A stretch of 64,000 nt of DNA from an uncultured Acidobacteriota bacterium. GTDB lineage: Bacteria > Acidobacteriota > Vicinamibacteria > Fen-336 > JAGNNV01. The position numbers and the translations under genes are program-made. Location of the stretch: the NCBI GenBank assembly GCA_964396875.1, contig CAYNHK010000001.1, forward strand, positions 4,546 to 68,545. Direction: 5' to 3'. Below, piece by piece: positions 54,269 to 64,000 of this stretch; the first letter of the stretch is position 1, and each line of letters opens with the position of its first letter. The notes beneath the pieces were generated by a model that was not told the DNA's origin, ran no database searches, and saw nothing but the letters and a program-made list of their open reading frames with translations.

Positions 54269-55498
54269 ATGCTCAACTGGATCTGGGCCGGTTTCTTCTT
54301 CGTGGCGTTCGTCGCCGGTCTCTTCCGCTGGCTGGTGCTCGGCGAGCCGGGAGTCTGGGCGGCGATGGTGGGGTCGAGCTTCGAGATGGCGAAGACCGGC
54401 TTCGAGATCTCGATCGGTCTCACCGGCGTGATGTGCCTCTGGCTCGGGATCATGAAGATCGGGGAGAAGGGAGGTGCTGTGACCCTCGTCGCGCGAGCTT
54501 TCGATCCGCTGCTTCGCCGGCTCTTCCCGAGCATCCCGCCCGCTCACCCGGCGGGCGCCTCGATCGTCATGAACCTCTCCGCGAACATGCTGGGTCTCGA
54601 TAACGCCGCGACCCCGCTCGGGCTCAAGGCCATGAAGGAGCTGCAGGAGATCAACCCGGAGCCCGACACCGCCAGCAACGACCAGATCATGTTTCTGGTG
54701 ATCAACGCCTCGGCGGTCACGCTGATCCCGACCGCGATCATGACCTACCGCGCGCAGATGGGCGCAGCCGATCCCACTGACGTCTTCCTGCCCCTGCTGA
54801 TCGCCACGTTCTGCAGCACGATGACCGGCATCATGGTGACCGCGCGCATGCAGGGGCTGAGGCTCTGGAATCCAGTCACCGCGGCCTATTTCGGGAGCGC
54901 GACCCTCATCATCGGGCTGCTGGCCGCCTACGTGAGCACACTCGATAAGGAGACGATGGAGCGCCAGACGTCGCTCTTCGCCAACCTTTCCATCTTCTCG
55001 CTCATCGTGGGCTTCCTGCTGCTGGCGGTGCGCAAGGGCATCGCGGTATACGAGACATTCGTCGAAGGCGCGAAGGAAGGCTTCACGGTGGCGGTCGGGA
55101 TCATCCCGCACCTCGTCGGAATGCTCGTGGCCATAGGCATCCTCCGGACCAGTGGTGTTCTCGACCAGGCTCTCGATCTGGTACGGCTCCTCGTCGCCGG
55201 TCTCGGGCTCGACGGCCGATGGGTCGATGCCCTCCCGGTGGCCCTCGTGCGGCCGCTCTCCGGCAGCGGCGCGCGCGGCCTGGTGATCGAAACGATGAAG
55301 ACACTCGGAGCCGACTCTTTCGCGGGCCGGCTCGCCTGCATCATCCAGGGCAGCACCGAGACGACGTTCTATGTGCTCGCGGTGTACTTCGGTTCGGTGG
55401 GGATCAAGAACACGCGGCACGCCATCGTCTGCGGTCTCACCGCGGAGTTCGCGGGCTTCGCGGGCGCCCTGGCCGTCGCCTACCTCTTCTTCGGCTGA
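54269..55498 (+). CDS. Nucleoside-recognition (Gate) domain membrane protein, fused SpmA/SpmB-like
   Basis: Polytopic protein with two Gate-type repeats. Confidence 0.7.
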   Translation: MLNWIWAGFFFVAFVAGLFRWLVLGEPGVWAAMVGSSFEMAKTGFEISIGLTGVMCLWLGIMKIGEKGGAVTLVARAFDPLLRRLFPSIPPAHPAGASIVMNLSANMLGLDNAATPLGLKAMKELQEINPEPDTASNDQIMFLVINASAVTLIPTAIMTYRAQMGAADPTDVFLPLLIATFCSTMTGIMVTARMQGLRLWNPVTAAYFGSATLIIGLLAAYVSTLDKETMERQTSLFANLSIFSLIVGFLLLAVRKGIAVYETFVEGAKEGFTVAVGIIPHLVGMLVAIGILRTSGVLDQALDLVRLLVAGLGLDGRWVDALPVALVRPLSGSGARGLVIETMKTLGADSFAGRLACIIQGSTETTFYVLAVYFGSVGIKNTRHAIVCGLTAEFAGFAGALAVAYLFFG

Positions 55499-55535
55499 GG
55501 CCGCAGGCAGACGCTGCTATGGTTCAGTCGCGACG

Positions 55536-55892
55536 ATGAAGCAGAAATCTCTCCGAACGGCGATGCTGCTGACCCCGCTTTTCCTCGCGGGTTGCGGCGG
55601 CCGTGAGTGTTACGTCGGTGTCCGCGGCACCGCGGCGAGTATCACGGTGAAGGGGATGTTCCCGTCGGGAACCTGCGAGGCGCTCATCAAGAACCCGGTC
55701 AAGTACGTGGGCGAACTGGCGGAGGACGAAGGCAGGGATCTCTACTCGATGAGCGAGCGTCCCACGCAGCCTGTCGTGTGCGAGTACCTGATCGAAGGCA
55801 AGACCTTCGTTGTCCGGGACGAGGGTGTGCTCAAGGTCGTGGGGAACATCGTTTGTTCGAGCCTTGGCCGGCGGGCCGACAAGCGGCCGTAG
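55536..55892 (+). CDS. Small lipoprotein of unknown function
   Basis: ATG 55536 with lipobox LFLAGCGG. The longer ORF 55371..55892 overlaps the upstream gene and was trimmed. Confidence 0.55.
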   Translation: MKQKSLRTAMLLTPLFLAGCGGRECYVGVRGTAASITVKGMFPSGTCEALIKNPVKYVGELAEDEGRDLYSMSERPTQPVVCEYLIEGKTFVVRDEGVLKVVGNIVCSSLGRRADKRP

Positions 55893-55979
55893 CCGTCCCC
55901 AACCCGCGCCGCAGCAGCGGTTCAATCGGCTGAACGGCGCGCGCATGGCGCCATCGCGTTCGCGCGGTACGATCCGTTC

Positions 55980-58355
55980 ATGGTGATCGAAACCCTGCAT
56001 CGCTCCCTTCGGCAATGGACGCGCGAGCCCCTCTACTATTTCGGAAGCGCCCTCACACTCGCGCTCGCCATCGGCGCCGCGGTCGCGAGCCTCGCGGTGA
56101 TCCGACCCGCGCTGCTCGACCCGCTGCCGTACCGTGACGGGCGCGAACTCATTTCGCTTCTGACCTTCTCGCAGGGGGCGACGTCCGCGGTGTCGCCGTA
56201 CGTGTTGCGTGACCTTGAAGCCGCGCCGTCTCCACTGCGTGAGTTCGCGGCGATCCGGCCCTCGGCTTCGATCTGGGAAGGGCCGGGGGTGACGGAGAGC
56301 CTGCCCGCGAGCGTCGTGACCGCGTCGTACTTCCCGCTTCTCGGGGCGCGGCCTGCGCACGGGCGTTTCTTCGCCGATGGCGAGACATCGTCGGCGGTGA
56401 TCAGCTGGGCCTTCTGGAAGAATTCACTTGCGGGCGACCCAAAGGTGGTGGGGCGTGTGCTGCGACTCGATGGGCAGGATGTCACTGTGGTCGGCGTGAT
56501 GGCGCCCGATTTCTTCGGGCCTTACTGGCCCGGCGTGAACCTTTGGCTTCCTCTCGACGTGCCGTCCTTCCTGCGCGATCCCGCGCGCGGTCGCCGCGCC
56601 TTCACTGTCCTCGCGCGCCGCACCGCGTCGCAGGGCGAGGTGGATGAGTTCCTGAAAGTGTTCACGGCGCGAATGCGCGCCGATCATCCGGCGGTTCACG
56701 GCCAGCAGTCGTGGGTGGCTCGCCCCCTGCGGGACGAACTGGTCGGTCCCGCGGGCCCGGCTCTCCTTGGAACCGGTGCCGCCGCCTTGTTGCTGCTGCT
56801 CACCGTGACCGCGAATCTGGCCGGCTTGTCGGCGGTGCGGGTGGTCGAGCGCCGGCGTCAGATCGCCGTCCGCTCGGCCCTTGGAGCCTCGACGGGACGC
56901 CTCAGGTTCGATTCTCTCGTCGACAGTCTTGGCATCGCTCTCGTGGGCTCCGGTCTCGGGGTCGCAATAGGGGGCGGAACGATCGGTGTCCTCGGCGGAT
57001 TCCAGCGCCAGTTTCTGGATCGCATCCCGCCCATCGAACTCGACGGTCTGACCGCGGCCATGGGCGTTTTCGCCGGACTTGTCGCGGGGCTCGCCACGGC
57101 TCTCCTGCCCCCCTGCAATTCCGGCGCGCCTTCGAGCCTCGACGCTCTGCGCACTTCGCGGGGAAGCGCTGGCGACGCCTCAGCCACCCGGATGCGTTCG
57201 GGACTCGTGGTCTCTCAGGTGGCGATGGCCTTCGTGCTGATCGTCGCCGCGGGTTTGCTGGTGCGGACCGTGCGTCATCTGGCCGCCACCGACCTCGGGT
57301 TCGAAAGCGCGGGGCGTTCCACCTTCGGCGTGGCCCTCTCGGCCCGCTACGACACCGAGGAGAAGCAGATCCAGTTCGAGCGCGACGCCGTAGCCGAACT
57401 GCGACGCATCCCCGGGGTCAAGGCGGTGCACGCCTCGGTCGGCGTTCCGGTCATTGGCGGAATGGGCGCGGCGCTCCGGCTTCATGGCGAGCCGGCCAAC
57501 TCTGCTTTTTCGGAGGTCGCGTACATGTCGGTGGCGCCCGGCTTCATGGAAGGGATCGGCGCCGTCTTGAAGGCAGGGCGCCATCTGAGCGAGGCCGATC
57601 ACGGCGGCGCGCCCAAAGTCGCGGTTATCAACGAGACCATGGCCCGCACCTACTGGCCGGGGGGAAACGCCCTGGGCGCGCGGGTTCAGATCGGCTCGGG
57701 CTCGCCCGACATGGAGTGGATCACCGTCGTGGGCATCGTCGCCGATCTTCGTCAGCACGGGCCGACGATGGCGGTGCGACCCAGCGCTTTCTGCTCGACG
57801 CTCCAGTATTCCTTCCGGCGGCGGAACTTCGTCCTCGAGACCGGCTCCCTTCCCGCGACCCTCGCCGTCAACGTGCGAGACGCGATACGACGCGTGGATT
57901 CGGGCCTCGCCCCTTCACGCCTTCAGCCCTTTGACGAGCTTGTGGCCGATCGGACAGCGCGCCATCGTCTGGTGATGCTCGCCCTTTCCGGTTTCGGCGC
58001 GATAGCACTCGTCCTGAGTGCTTTCGGTCTCTATGCGGTGGTGGCGCTCACGTCGAAGTTGCGGCGTCGGGAGTACGCGATTCGCGTGGCGCTTGGAGCC
58101 GAGGGCCGACGCGTCCGCGGACTGGTTCTGAACCAGGGCCTCCGGTTGGGCGCTCTGGGCATTGCCGCCGGCCTGGCCCTCGCGGTCGCAGGAACCCGCA
58201 GCCTTCAGGGCCTGCTCCACGGCGTGGAGCCGCTCGATCAGGGGACGCTGGTTCTCGCGGCGGCCGCGGTTCTCGGTCTCGCCGCTCTGTCGGTGCTCGG
58301 TCCCGCCCTTCGCGCTTCGCGAGTCGATCCCTCGGAGGCGCTCAAGGCAGAGTGA
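55980..58355 (+). CDS. ABC transporter permease of the duplicated FtsX/MacB-like family
   Basis: 791 aa with two FtsX-type four-TM modules separated by large extracytoplasmic domains; common in Acidobacteria. Confidence 0.8.
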   Translation: MVIETLHRSLRQWTREPLYYFGSALTLALAIGAAVASLAVIRPALLDPLPYRDGRELISLLTFSQGATSAVSPYVLRDLEAAPSPLREFAAIRPSASIWEGPGVTESLPASVVTASYFPLLGARPAHGRFFADGETSSAVISWAFWKNSLAGDPKVVGRVLRLDGQDVTVVGVMAPDFFGPYWPGVNLWLPLDVPSFLRDPARGRRAFTVLARRTASQGEVDEFLKVFTARMRADHPAVHGQQSWVARPLRDELVGPAGPALLGTGAAALLLLLTVTANLAGLSAVRVVERRRQIAVRSALGASTGRLRFDSLVDSLGIALVGSGLGVAIGGGTIGVLGGFQRQFLDRIPPIELDGLTAAMGVFAGLVAGLATALLPPCNSGAPSSLDALRTSRGSAGDASATRMRSGLVVSQVAMAFVLIVAAGLLVRTVRHLAATDLGFESAGRSTFGVALSARYDTEEKQIQFERDAVAELRRIPGVKAVHASVGVPVIGGMGAALRLHGEPANSAFSEVAYMSVAPGFMEGIGAVLKAGRHLSEADHGGAPKVAVINETMARTYWPGGNALGARVQIGSGSPDMEWITVVGIVADLRQHGPTMAVRPSAFCSTLQYSFRRRNFVLETGSLPATLAVNVRDAIRRVDSGLAPSRLQPFDELVADRTARHRLVMLALSGFGAIALVLSAFGLYAVVALTSKLRRREYAIRVALGAEGRRVRGLVLNQGLRLGALGIAAGLALAVAGTRSLQGLLHGVEPLDQGTLVLAAAAVLGLAALSVLGPALRASRVDPSEALKAE

Positions 58356-58362
58356 CGACGCT

Positions 58363-58893
58363 TCAGGGCCGGCTCGGCTGAGAAATCTGAAAGCCGACGG
58401 GAACCGTGGCCTCGGCGATCGTTTCGGCGGCGGTTGGCGGCGTCAGCGTGCCGCTGTTCCGGGAATGGAACATGACGCGCACGCCGGTGACGGCGCAGGG
58501 AAGGCGGTAGACCTGGAACCCGGTCACCGTGACCGTGGTTGTCCAGCCCGCGGGCAGCGAACGCCAGGTGGGTGAGTCGGGAAGATTCTGCCCGCAATAG
58601 GCGCCGCTCGCATTGTCCGTGAGCAGGTACACATTCAGCTGACCGTAGGGGACCTCGCGACCTGAGGAAATCGTCAGTCTGACGGAAATGAGGCCGGACT
58701 CGGGCAGAAGAATGACGCCGCCCAGTTCGTTATAGGTGATGTTCGACGGGACGACCACGCCCCCGCCCGGGGCCGGAGAGATTGCCGCGATGACAACGTT
58801 GCTGATGGCGGAGGTCGTGGGCGCCGTGGGAGAGGAGCCGCAACCGCCGGCAAGCGCGGCCGCGAGGAGCCAGGAAAGGGACGGTTTTCCCAC
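58363..58893 (-). CDS. Hypothetical lipoprotein
   Basis: Lipobox LAGGCGSS. GTG 58893 chosen to avoid overlap with the divergent VWA gene; the ORF extends to 59001. Confidence 0.45.
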   Translation of the reverse strand: MGKPSLSWLLAAALAGGCGSSPTAPTTSAISNVVIAAISPAPGGGVVVPSNITYNELGGVILLPESGLISVRLTISSGREVPYGQLNVYLLTDNASGAYCGQNLPDSPTWRSLPAGWTTTVTVTGFQVYRLPCAVTGVRVMFHSRNSGTLTPPTAAETIAEATVPVGFQISQPSRP

Positions 58894-58991
58894 GTGCGCA
58901 GCGTACACGAAAGCCGCCACGCGCTCTTGCGAGTACGATTGGCGGGAGTTTCCAGGACGCCTGGCTTGGACTGCCCGGGGGAGGGCCGGCA

Positions 58992-60653
58992 ATGAACACA
59001 CGAGTCGCGCCGATCATGTCTGGCCTGGTGCTTCTGGCTGCGGTTGCCCTTGCCGCGCAGGGCCGCGAGAGCAATGTTCAGCGGCCGCAGTTGATCTTCC
59101 CCGTGACCACACGGCAGGTCGAGATGAGCGTGGTGGTTCAGGACAAGGATGGCGCGTCGGTTCGAGGTCTCACCGCGCAGGACTTTCAGATCACCGAGAA
59201 GGGCGAGGTTCAGGCGATCACTTCGTTCTCCGAGGAGACGGAGCCGCAAGGTGTTTCAGAGGTCCCGGCCCAGGGTGAAGCCGCGGGTTTCCACAACCAG
59301 CACGTTCGAAGTGGAGGCGTCACCGTCATCCTCCTCGACCGTCTGAACACGGCCTGGGCGGACCAGGCTTTCGCCAAGACCCAGGTCGTGAAGTTCCTCG
59401 GCCAGATCGAACCGACCGATCGCGTGGGGCTCTACGTGCTCGAGTCGAGCACGGTGCGCGTCCTTCACGATTTCACCAGCGACGCCGCTTCGCTCCTGCG
59501 AACGCTGGCCCGCCATCAGGCCGCCCCGTCCGCTGCGCTTGCAGGCTCGGAAGAAAGGGCCTTCGAAACCGGCGATACCGAACTCGATGTGTTTCTCGCC
59601 GAGACCGCGCGCATCGTGAACGCGCAGTACCTCCGGAATCGCGCGGAAAACACCTGCGAGGCCCTCGTTTCTATCGCGAACCACCTCTCCGGAGTGCGGG
59701 GCCGCAAGAACCTCATATGGGTCTCTTCCTCTTTCCCCCTCACTTTCGACGACCCCGTGGGCCGGGGCAGCGCGCCGGGGTTGAGCACCGGCACGGTCGC
59801 CGCGGAGGTGCAGCGGGCCACGCGCGCGATGAGCGAGGCGGGAATCGCCGTCTATCCCGTCGACGCACGGGGTCTGGTCGGGGCTTTCTCCGTGGATCCC
59901 GCGAGCATCCCCTCGACTCCGAACAGCGGCCGCACGATGATGAACGCCTTTTCGAATCTCTCCACCATGATGCCGACCCTCGACACCGCGAAGGCGGTGG
60001 CCGAGAACACGGGAGGCCGGGCGTTCTACGGCACCAACGACATCGGGGGAGCGATCCGCCGCGCGGTCGACGACACCCGGGTCACCTACCTCCTGGGCTA
60101 TTCGCCGAGCCACAATCAATGGGACGGACGTTTTCGCGAGGTCAAGGTGAAGGTCTCGCGCCCTGGCTTGGAGGTCAGGCACCGGAGGGGTTACATCGCC
60201 TCTCCGCTCGATGAACGTGACCGCCGCCGGTCAGGCCAATCGCGTATCGAGGCCTTGCGCAATCCGCTCGAGGCATCCGGAATCGCGGTGGGGGTGAAAG
60301 TGGAGGGCGCCCCGGGCGCCCAGGGCGGGGAGGTGAACCTCGCCATACGAATGGATCCTCGGCCCATCACCCTGGATCCGAAGGGCGACAAGTGGGAGGG
60401 CACGGTCTCCCTCCTGATCGCCCAGAGCAACGCCGAGGGGAAGATCTTCAAAGCCTTCGATCAGGACATCCAGTTGAGTCTCACCGGGGAGATGCGCGAG
60501 CGACTGCTGACCCAGGGCATGGTCCTGAACAAGAAGATCGCCCTTCGAGGCGACCTTCACCGGCTCCATGTCGTGCTGAGCGATCCGCCCTCGGGTGCGG
60601 TCGGTTCGGTGATCATCCCCGCGGACAAGGTCCGCGCCGCGGCCGGCCGCTGA
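58992..60653 (+). CDS. VWA domain-containing protein (acidobacterial TIGR03436-like)
   Basis: Signal peptide and a VWA/MIDAS-like fold with typical family length and layout. Confidence 0.7.
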   Translation: MNTRVAPIMSGLVLLAAVALAAQGRESNVQRPQLIFPVTTRQVEMSVVVQDKDGASVRGLTAQDFQITEKGEVQAITSFSEETEPQGVSEVPAQGEAAGFHNQHVRSGGVTVILLDRLNTAWADQAFAKTQVVKFLGQIEPTDRVGLYVLESSTVRVLHDFTSDAASLLRTLARHQAAPSAALAGSEERAFETGDTELDVFLAETARIVNAQYLRNRAENTCEALVSIANHLSGVRGRKNLIWVSSSFPLTFDDPVGRGSAPGLSTGTVAAEVQRATRAMSEAGIAVYPVDARGLVGAFSVDPASIPSTPNSGRTMMNAFSNLSTMMPTLDTAKAVAENTGGRAFYGTNDIGGAIRRAVDDTRVTYLLGYSPSHNQWDGRFREVKVKVSRPGLEVRHRRGYIASPLDERDRRRSGQSRIEALRNPLEASGIAVGVKVEGAPGAQGGEVNLAIRMDPRPITLDPKGDKWEGTVSLLIAQSNAEGKIFKAFDQDIQLSLTGEMRERLLTQGMVLNKKIALRGDLHRLHVVLSDPPSGAVGSVIIPADKVRAAAGR

Positions 60654-60671
60654 CGCCCTCGCGAGGCCGTT

Positions 60672-62333
60672 TCAGGGCACGACCTTGACGATGAGTCGAC
60701 GCGAAGCGGCGTCGTAGAACCAGGTGCTGGTCGAGGACTCGTGCACCTCGTCCACGGACTCGGCCTCGGGCGGCCCCCCGGTCTGATTGATCAGCACGGT
60801 CTGGCCGTTGATCCTGACCGACGCAGGACGGACGGCGATACGGCCCACCCGGTAGAGCAGCGGCCATCCGGGAGGCGCGTCGGCGCTCAAAGTCAGTCGC
60901 TCGCCTTCCATGACGGAGCGGAAGGTCGTCCACGATCCGGTGTGGTCGTTGAAGTAACGAAATGACGATGTCCCGCTCGGGTAGACGAGAACAGTGAGGG
61001 CACCTGCGGACTCGCGGGCGCCGTGGCCGGTGTAGTCCCTTTCGACCTCCATGGGAATGATCGCGCCGAGCCGGAGGAACACCGGCTCACGGCCCACGGG
61101 GGCCGCGTGCTCGACCAGGTTTCCGGAAACGACCCGATCTTCGTCCCAGTAGTCGATCCACTGCCCGGCGGGAAGTTGAATGTCGATCGTGGGCGTCTTC
61201 GACGTCACCATGGCGACAAAAATCTCCTCGCCGACCCGCATCGCATTCGGCCCGGGCCCGGGCTGGATGATCGGAGACTCCGGCTGCTCGTGCATCCTGC
61301 GCGCGTAGCTCAGGAAGTAAGGCACGAGCTGGCGGTGGAGCCAGGCGTAGTAACGATACGCGCGCAGAAGGTCCGGGCTGTACTCGGAGCGCCAGGGATC
61401 CGAGTTCCCGAAAGGCGTGTGGGCCATGATCGGCTGAAAAGCGCCCCAGTGAATCCGCCGATGGAAGGTCTCTTCGTCCGGAGCGCGTCGGCTCAGGTAG
61501 TCATACCCGGTCAGTTCATTGAGCGGAGCGGGGATCAGCCGCGCCTTCTCGAAGACGCGCGAGAGCGCATCGCGCAGTCCGTCGAAGTCGTTCGGGACGT
61601 CGCCCACGTAGGCCACGTTCGCGAAGCGTGACAGCGCCGCGTCCGTCGTGGAAGGCTCCCGGCTTTGGTGCGACTTGGCCACGACCTCGAAATCATCGGG
61701 GGCGACCGAGCGCATGAAGTCGGTCGCGCGCTGCAGCTCCTGATCCGACGAACCATCGTCCAGATAGAAACCGAGCAGCGATCCTCCAAGCTGCTGGCGG
61801 ACGCGCTCGTACTGATCGCGTTCATGGCATCCGCCCCAGAAGTGGACGAGCGCGCGGACGTGTTCCGAGGCCAGCCGGTCGACGACCTCCGGACCGAGAT
61901 TCCACGAACAGCAGTCCTCTCCCTCACAGGCTCCGCTCGTCCGCGAATCCCGCTCCGACCACCCGCCGCCATCGAAGAGGTAAAGGCTGACCGGGATGTC
62001 GTTGGCGCGCAGCTCATCCATCTGGCAGGAGAACTCCTCGGCGAGCGTCTCCGCGGACCCGCAGCCGCAATCGCCGTTTGACGGACAGCCGCTGCCCCAC
62101 CACGGACCGAGGATCGCGCGGTGAAGGGCGTGGTCCCGGGTCGACTGCGCGGCCGCGCCGCCCTTGGGGGTGGGAGTCTGGACAGATGACGGGGCCGCTG
62201 GCGTCATCGCGGTTCGGCCGCCGCAATCCGAAGTCGAGACCGCGAGCGTGAGCACGAGCAGGGGAATGACCGCCCCGGCCATGAGCCGACGCCGGGAGCT
62301 CCCGGTTCTTTCCGGCCGACTTTCCTGCCCCAC
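60672..62333 (-). CDS. Putative secreted TIM-barrel glycoside hydrolase with GH31-like C-terminal beta-sandwich; Cys-rich N-terminal segment
   Basis: Tat-like N-terminus (SSRRRLMAGAVIPLL); alternative start ATG 62282. The C-terminal pattern WIDYWDEDRV...PVFLRLGAIIP resembles GH31 distal domains. Family assignment is uncertain. Confidence 0.45.
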   Translation of the reverse strand: MGQESRPERTGSSRRRLMAGAVIPLLVLTLAVSTSDCGGRTAMTPAAPSSVQTPTPKGGAAAQSTRDHALHRAILGPWWGSGCPSNGDCGCGSAETLAEEFSCQMDELRANDIPVSLYLFDGGGWSERDSRTSGACEGEDCCSWNLGPEVVDRLASEHVRALVHFWGGCHERDQYERVRQQLGGSLLGFYLDDGSSDQELQRATDFMRSVAPDDFEVVAKSHQSREPSTTDAALSRFANVAYVGDVPNDFDGLRDALSRVFEKARLIPAPLNELTGYDYLSRRAPDEETFHRRIHWGAFQPIMAHTPFGNSDPWRSEYSPDLLRAYRYYAWLHRQLVPYFLSYARRMHEQPESPIIQPGPGPNAMRVGEEIFVAMVTSKTPTIDIQLPAGQWIDYWDEDRVVSGNLVEHAAPVGREPVFLRLGAIIPMEVERDYTGHGARESAGALTVLVYPSGTSSFRYFNDHTGSWTTFRSVMEGERLTLSADAPPGWPLLYRVGRIAVRPASVRINGQTVLINQTGGPPEAESVDEVHESSTSTWFYDAASRRLIVKVVP

Positions 62334-62347
62334 GAGCCGGAAGGCTA

Positions 62348-64000
62348 CTACGGGACCGGTTTCACCACCGTGACGACCACACTCGATGGGTACTTCACCG
62401 AGTGGTGAAGCGTGTTCCGGGCGATGACGCCCGAGGACTCGTCGTAGTTATTGCCGCCGGTGTTGAGGTTGCGATCGAAGCGCGGGAAGTTGCTGCTCGA
62501 GACTTCGACGCGCAGGCGGTGCCCCGGCTTGAAGTAGTTGCTGGTGTTGAGGGGCTGGAGCGTCACCTTGTAGATCTCGTTCTTCTCCATCCAGGCAAGG
62601 CCCTTGTCATACCCGAGGCGGTAACGCATGCGCTGGATCGATTCGTCGAGGTTGAAGGCGCGGCCCTGAGGATCCACGTCGATCACCTTCACGGTGAAGT
62701 CGGTGTCCTTCGCGTCCGAGGAAACGTAGAGCGTTGGCGTGATCGGACCGCTCAGTTCGAGTCCCTCCTTGAACGGCTCCGAAGTGAAGACCAGGATGTC
62801 GGCACGGGCTTCCATCTTTCTCTGATCGAACGATCCCGCCTGCACCGCGTTCCCGGTACAGCAGACATTGCCCCCATAAGAGGGCACGGGATTCATCGGG
62901 TCGTAGACGAACGTGTCCGGTTTGTTGACCGCGGGTGGCGCCGCCACAAGCGTTCCGTCGCCGTTAAGTGTGTTCGCCTTGCCTCCACTCGACAGATAGA
63001 AGGTCATCGGAGCGGCTCCTGTGGGCGGCCAGGTTTGAGACGTCTGCCACTTGTTGCTGCCCATCGTGAAGTACGTGACCTTCGGCAGCTTGTCGATGCG
63101 GGTGTCTTTGTCGCCCTTGAGGAACTTGTCGAAGAAGCCGTAGACGACCTCGTTGTAGTCGAGCCGCGCGTCGCCCATGCTGCGCTCGCCGACGATGGTG
63201 TTCTCGGTGGCGCGGGTGAAGGCGCAGTGCACCACCGGAGCGATGACCGCCCACTGCTGATTGGCGATGTCGCCCTTCGCGTTCCTCCGGACGTGATTGA
63301 ACATCTCGAGGTTCGGCCCCGCCGAGACGTCGTACCACGAGATGAACCACAGGCCCGGCACATCGAGCTTCATGTTGTCGTGCCAGAGCCCGCCCTTGTA
63401 CCAGGCGGGATCGTTGGGTGCGCGCTGGATCATGCGGCCGCCGGTGGGGACAGGCATGGCGTCCGCAAAGATTCCCCGGGGTCCGTCGATGGCCTTGTAG
63501 ATGTCCTGAACCGGGAGGTGGCGCAGAGCCTTGTCCCAGTCGACGGAGGGAAGCTGCTGCGCGAGGTCGAACGACTTCGACGCGCGGATCAGATCTTCAC
63601 GCGACGTGTCGGGCGGGAACATGGGGCGTACCTGGTTCTGCTCACCGTACAGCCAGGCGATGAAGAGCATCTGCACCGCGCCGCCGCGATACCAGTTGCC
63701 CTGTTCGTAGTAGGGGCCGACCCGGCCCACACCCGCGCCGAAGCCCTGAACATTCATCGCCGCAAACGCAGGGTGACCTTGCGCCGCCACCGCCATCTGC
63801 CACTCGGCGGTCGAGGAACAACCGGTGGTGCCGACCTTGCCGTTCGACCACGGCTGACTCTTCATCCATTCGAGTGTGTCGACGCCGTCGGTGGTGGGCG
63901 GTCCGAGGATGTCGTAGTTCCCTTCGGAGAAGAAGTGGCCGCGCTCGTTCTGGACCACGTAGGCGTAGCCGCGCTTCACTGCGGCGAGTGCGGTGGTCAT
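62348..64000 (-). CDS. CocE/NonD family hydrolase (second copy), N-terminus beyond window edge
   Basis: ORF open to the window end. The C-terminal region is homologous in layout to the 51825..53804 product (SSSNFPRFD block present in both). Confidence 0.75.
   Translation of the reverse strand: MTTALAAVKRGYAYVVQNERGHFFSEGNYDILGPPTTDGVDTLEWMKSQPWSNGKVGTTGCSSTAEWQMAVAAQGHPAFAAMNVQGFGAGVGRVGPYYEQGNWYRGGAVQMLFIAWLYGEQNQVRPMFPPDTSREDLIRASKSFDLAQQLPSVDWDKALRHLPVQDIYKAIDGPRGIFADAMPVPTGGRMIQRAPNDPAWYKGGLWHDNMKLDVPGLWFISWYDVSAGPNLEMFNHVRRNAKGDIANQQWAVIAPVVHCAFTRATENTIVGERSMGDARLDYNEVVYGFFDKFLKGDKDTRIDKLPKVTYFTMGSNKWQTSQTWPPTGAAPMTFYLSSGGKANTLNGDGTLVAAPPAVNKPDTFVYDPMNPVPSYGGNVCCTGNAVQAGSFDQRKMEARADILVFTSEPFKEGLELSGPITPTLYVSSDAKDTDFTVKVIDVDPQGRAFNLDESIQRMRYRLGYDKGLAWMEKNEIYKVTLQPLNTSNYFKPGHRLRVEVSSSNFPRFDRNLNTGGNNYDESSGVIARNTLHHSVKYPSSVVVTVVKPVP

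Noticed and set aside
1-64000. CRISPR arrays, tRNA or rRNA genes, insertion sequences or integrases
   Set aside because: No regularly spaced direct repeats, no cloverleaf-compatible 70-90 nt segments in the short intergenic regions, and no transposase or integrase-like ORFs were seen. Gene density is about 95% coding.

Overview
This window is a high-GC (about 65-70% GC) chromosomal segment, probably from an Acidobacteria-like Gram-negative. The lineage guess rests on a TIGR03436-type VWA protein, a TonB-dependent receptor with a carboxypeptidase-regulatory-like N-terminus, and duplicated FtsX-type ABC permeases. Positions 1 to about 47,800 form a dense rhamnogalacturonan-I / pectin side-chain utilisation locus. 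It encodes two GH105 unsaturated rhamnogalacturonyl hydrolases, a GH2 and a GH42 beta-galactosidase, a GH78 alpha-L-rhamnosidase, three GH43-type enzymes, a CE12-GH28 fusion, a PL11 rhamnogalacturonan lyase and an oligogalacturonide-lyase-like protein. Rhamnose catabolism is represented by a rhaB fragment, rhaM and a bifunctional rhamnulose-1-P aldolase/dehydrogenase, and galactose catabolism by galK and galT. Uptake genes are two sugar ABC transporters and one TonB-dependent receptor. A propeller/Y_Y_Y sensor histidine kinase with a LuxR-type response regulator sits in the locus. The most interesting signal is a near-palindromic box CGCCAG-WW-CTGGCG that recurs in the promoter regions of at least six of these operons, which suggests one undescribed regulon. 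The right third of the window, about 47.8 to 64 kb, is housekeeping or miscellaneous: YaeQ, a SUV3-like helicase, two CocE/NonD hydrolases, DUF309, SpmA/B-like, an FtsX permease, a VWA protein and a GH31-like protein. No rRNA, tRNA, CRISPR array or obvious mobile element was seen. The many long antisense ORFs are GC artefacts.
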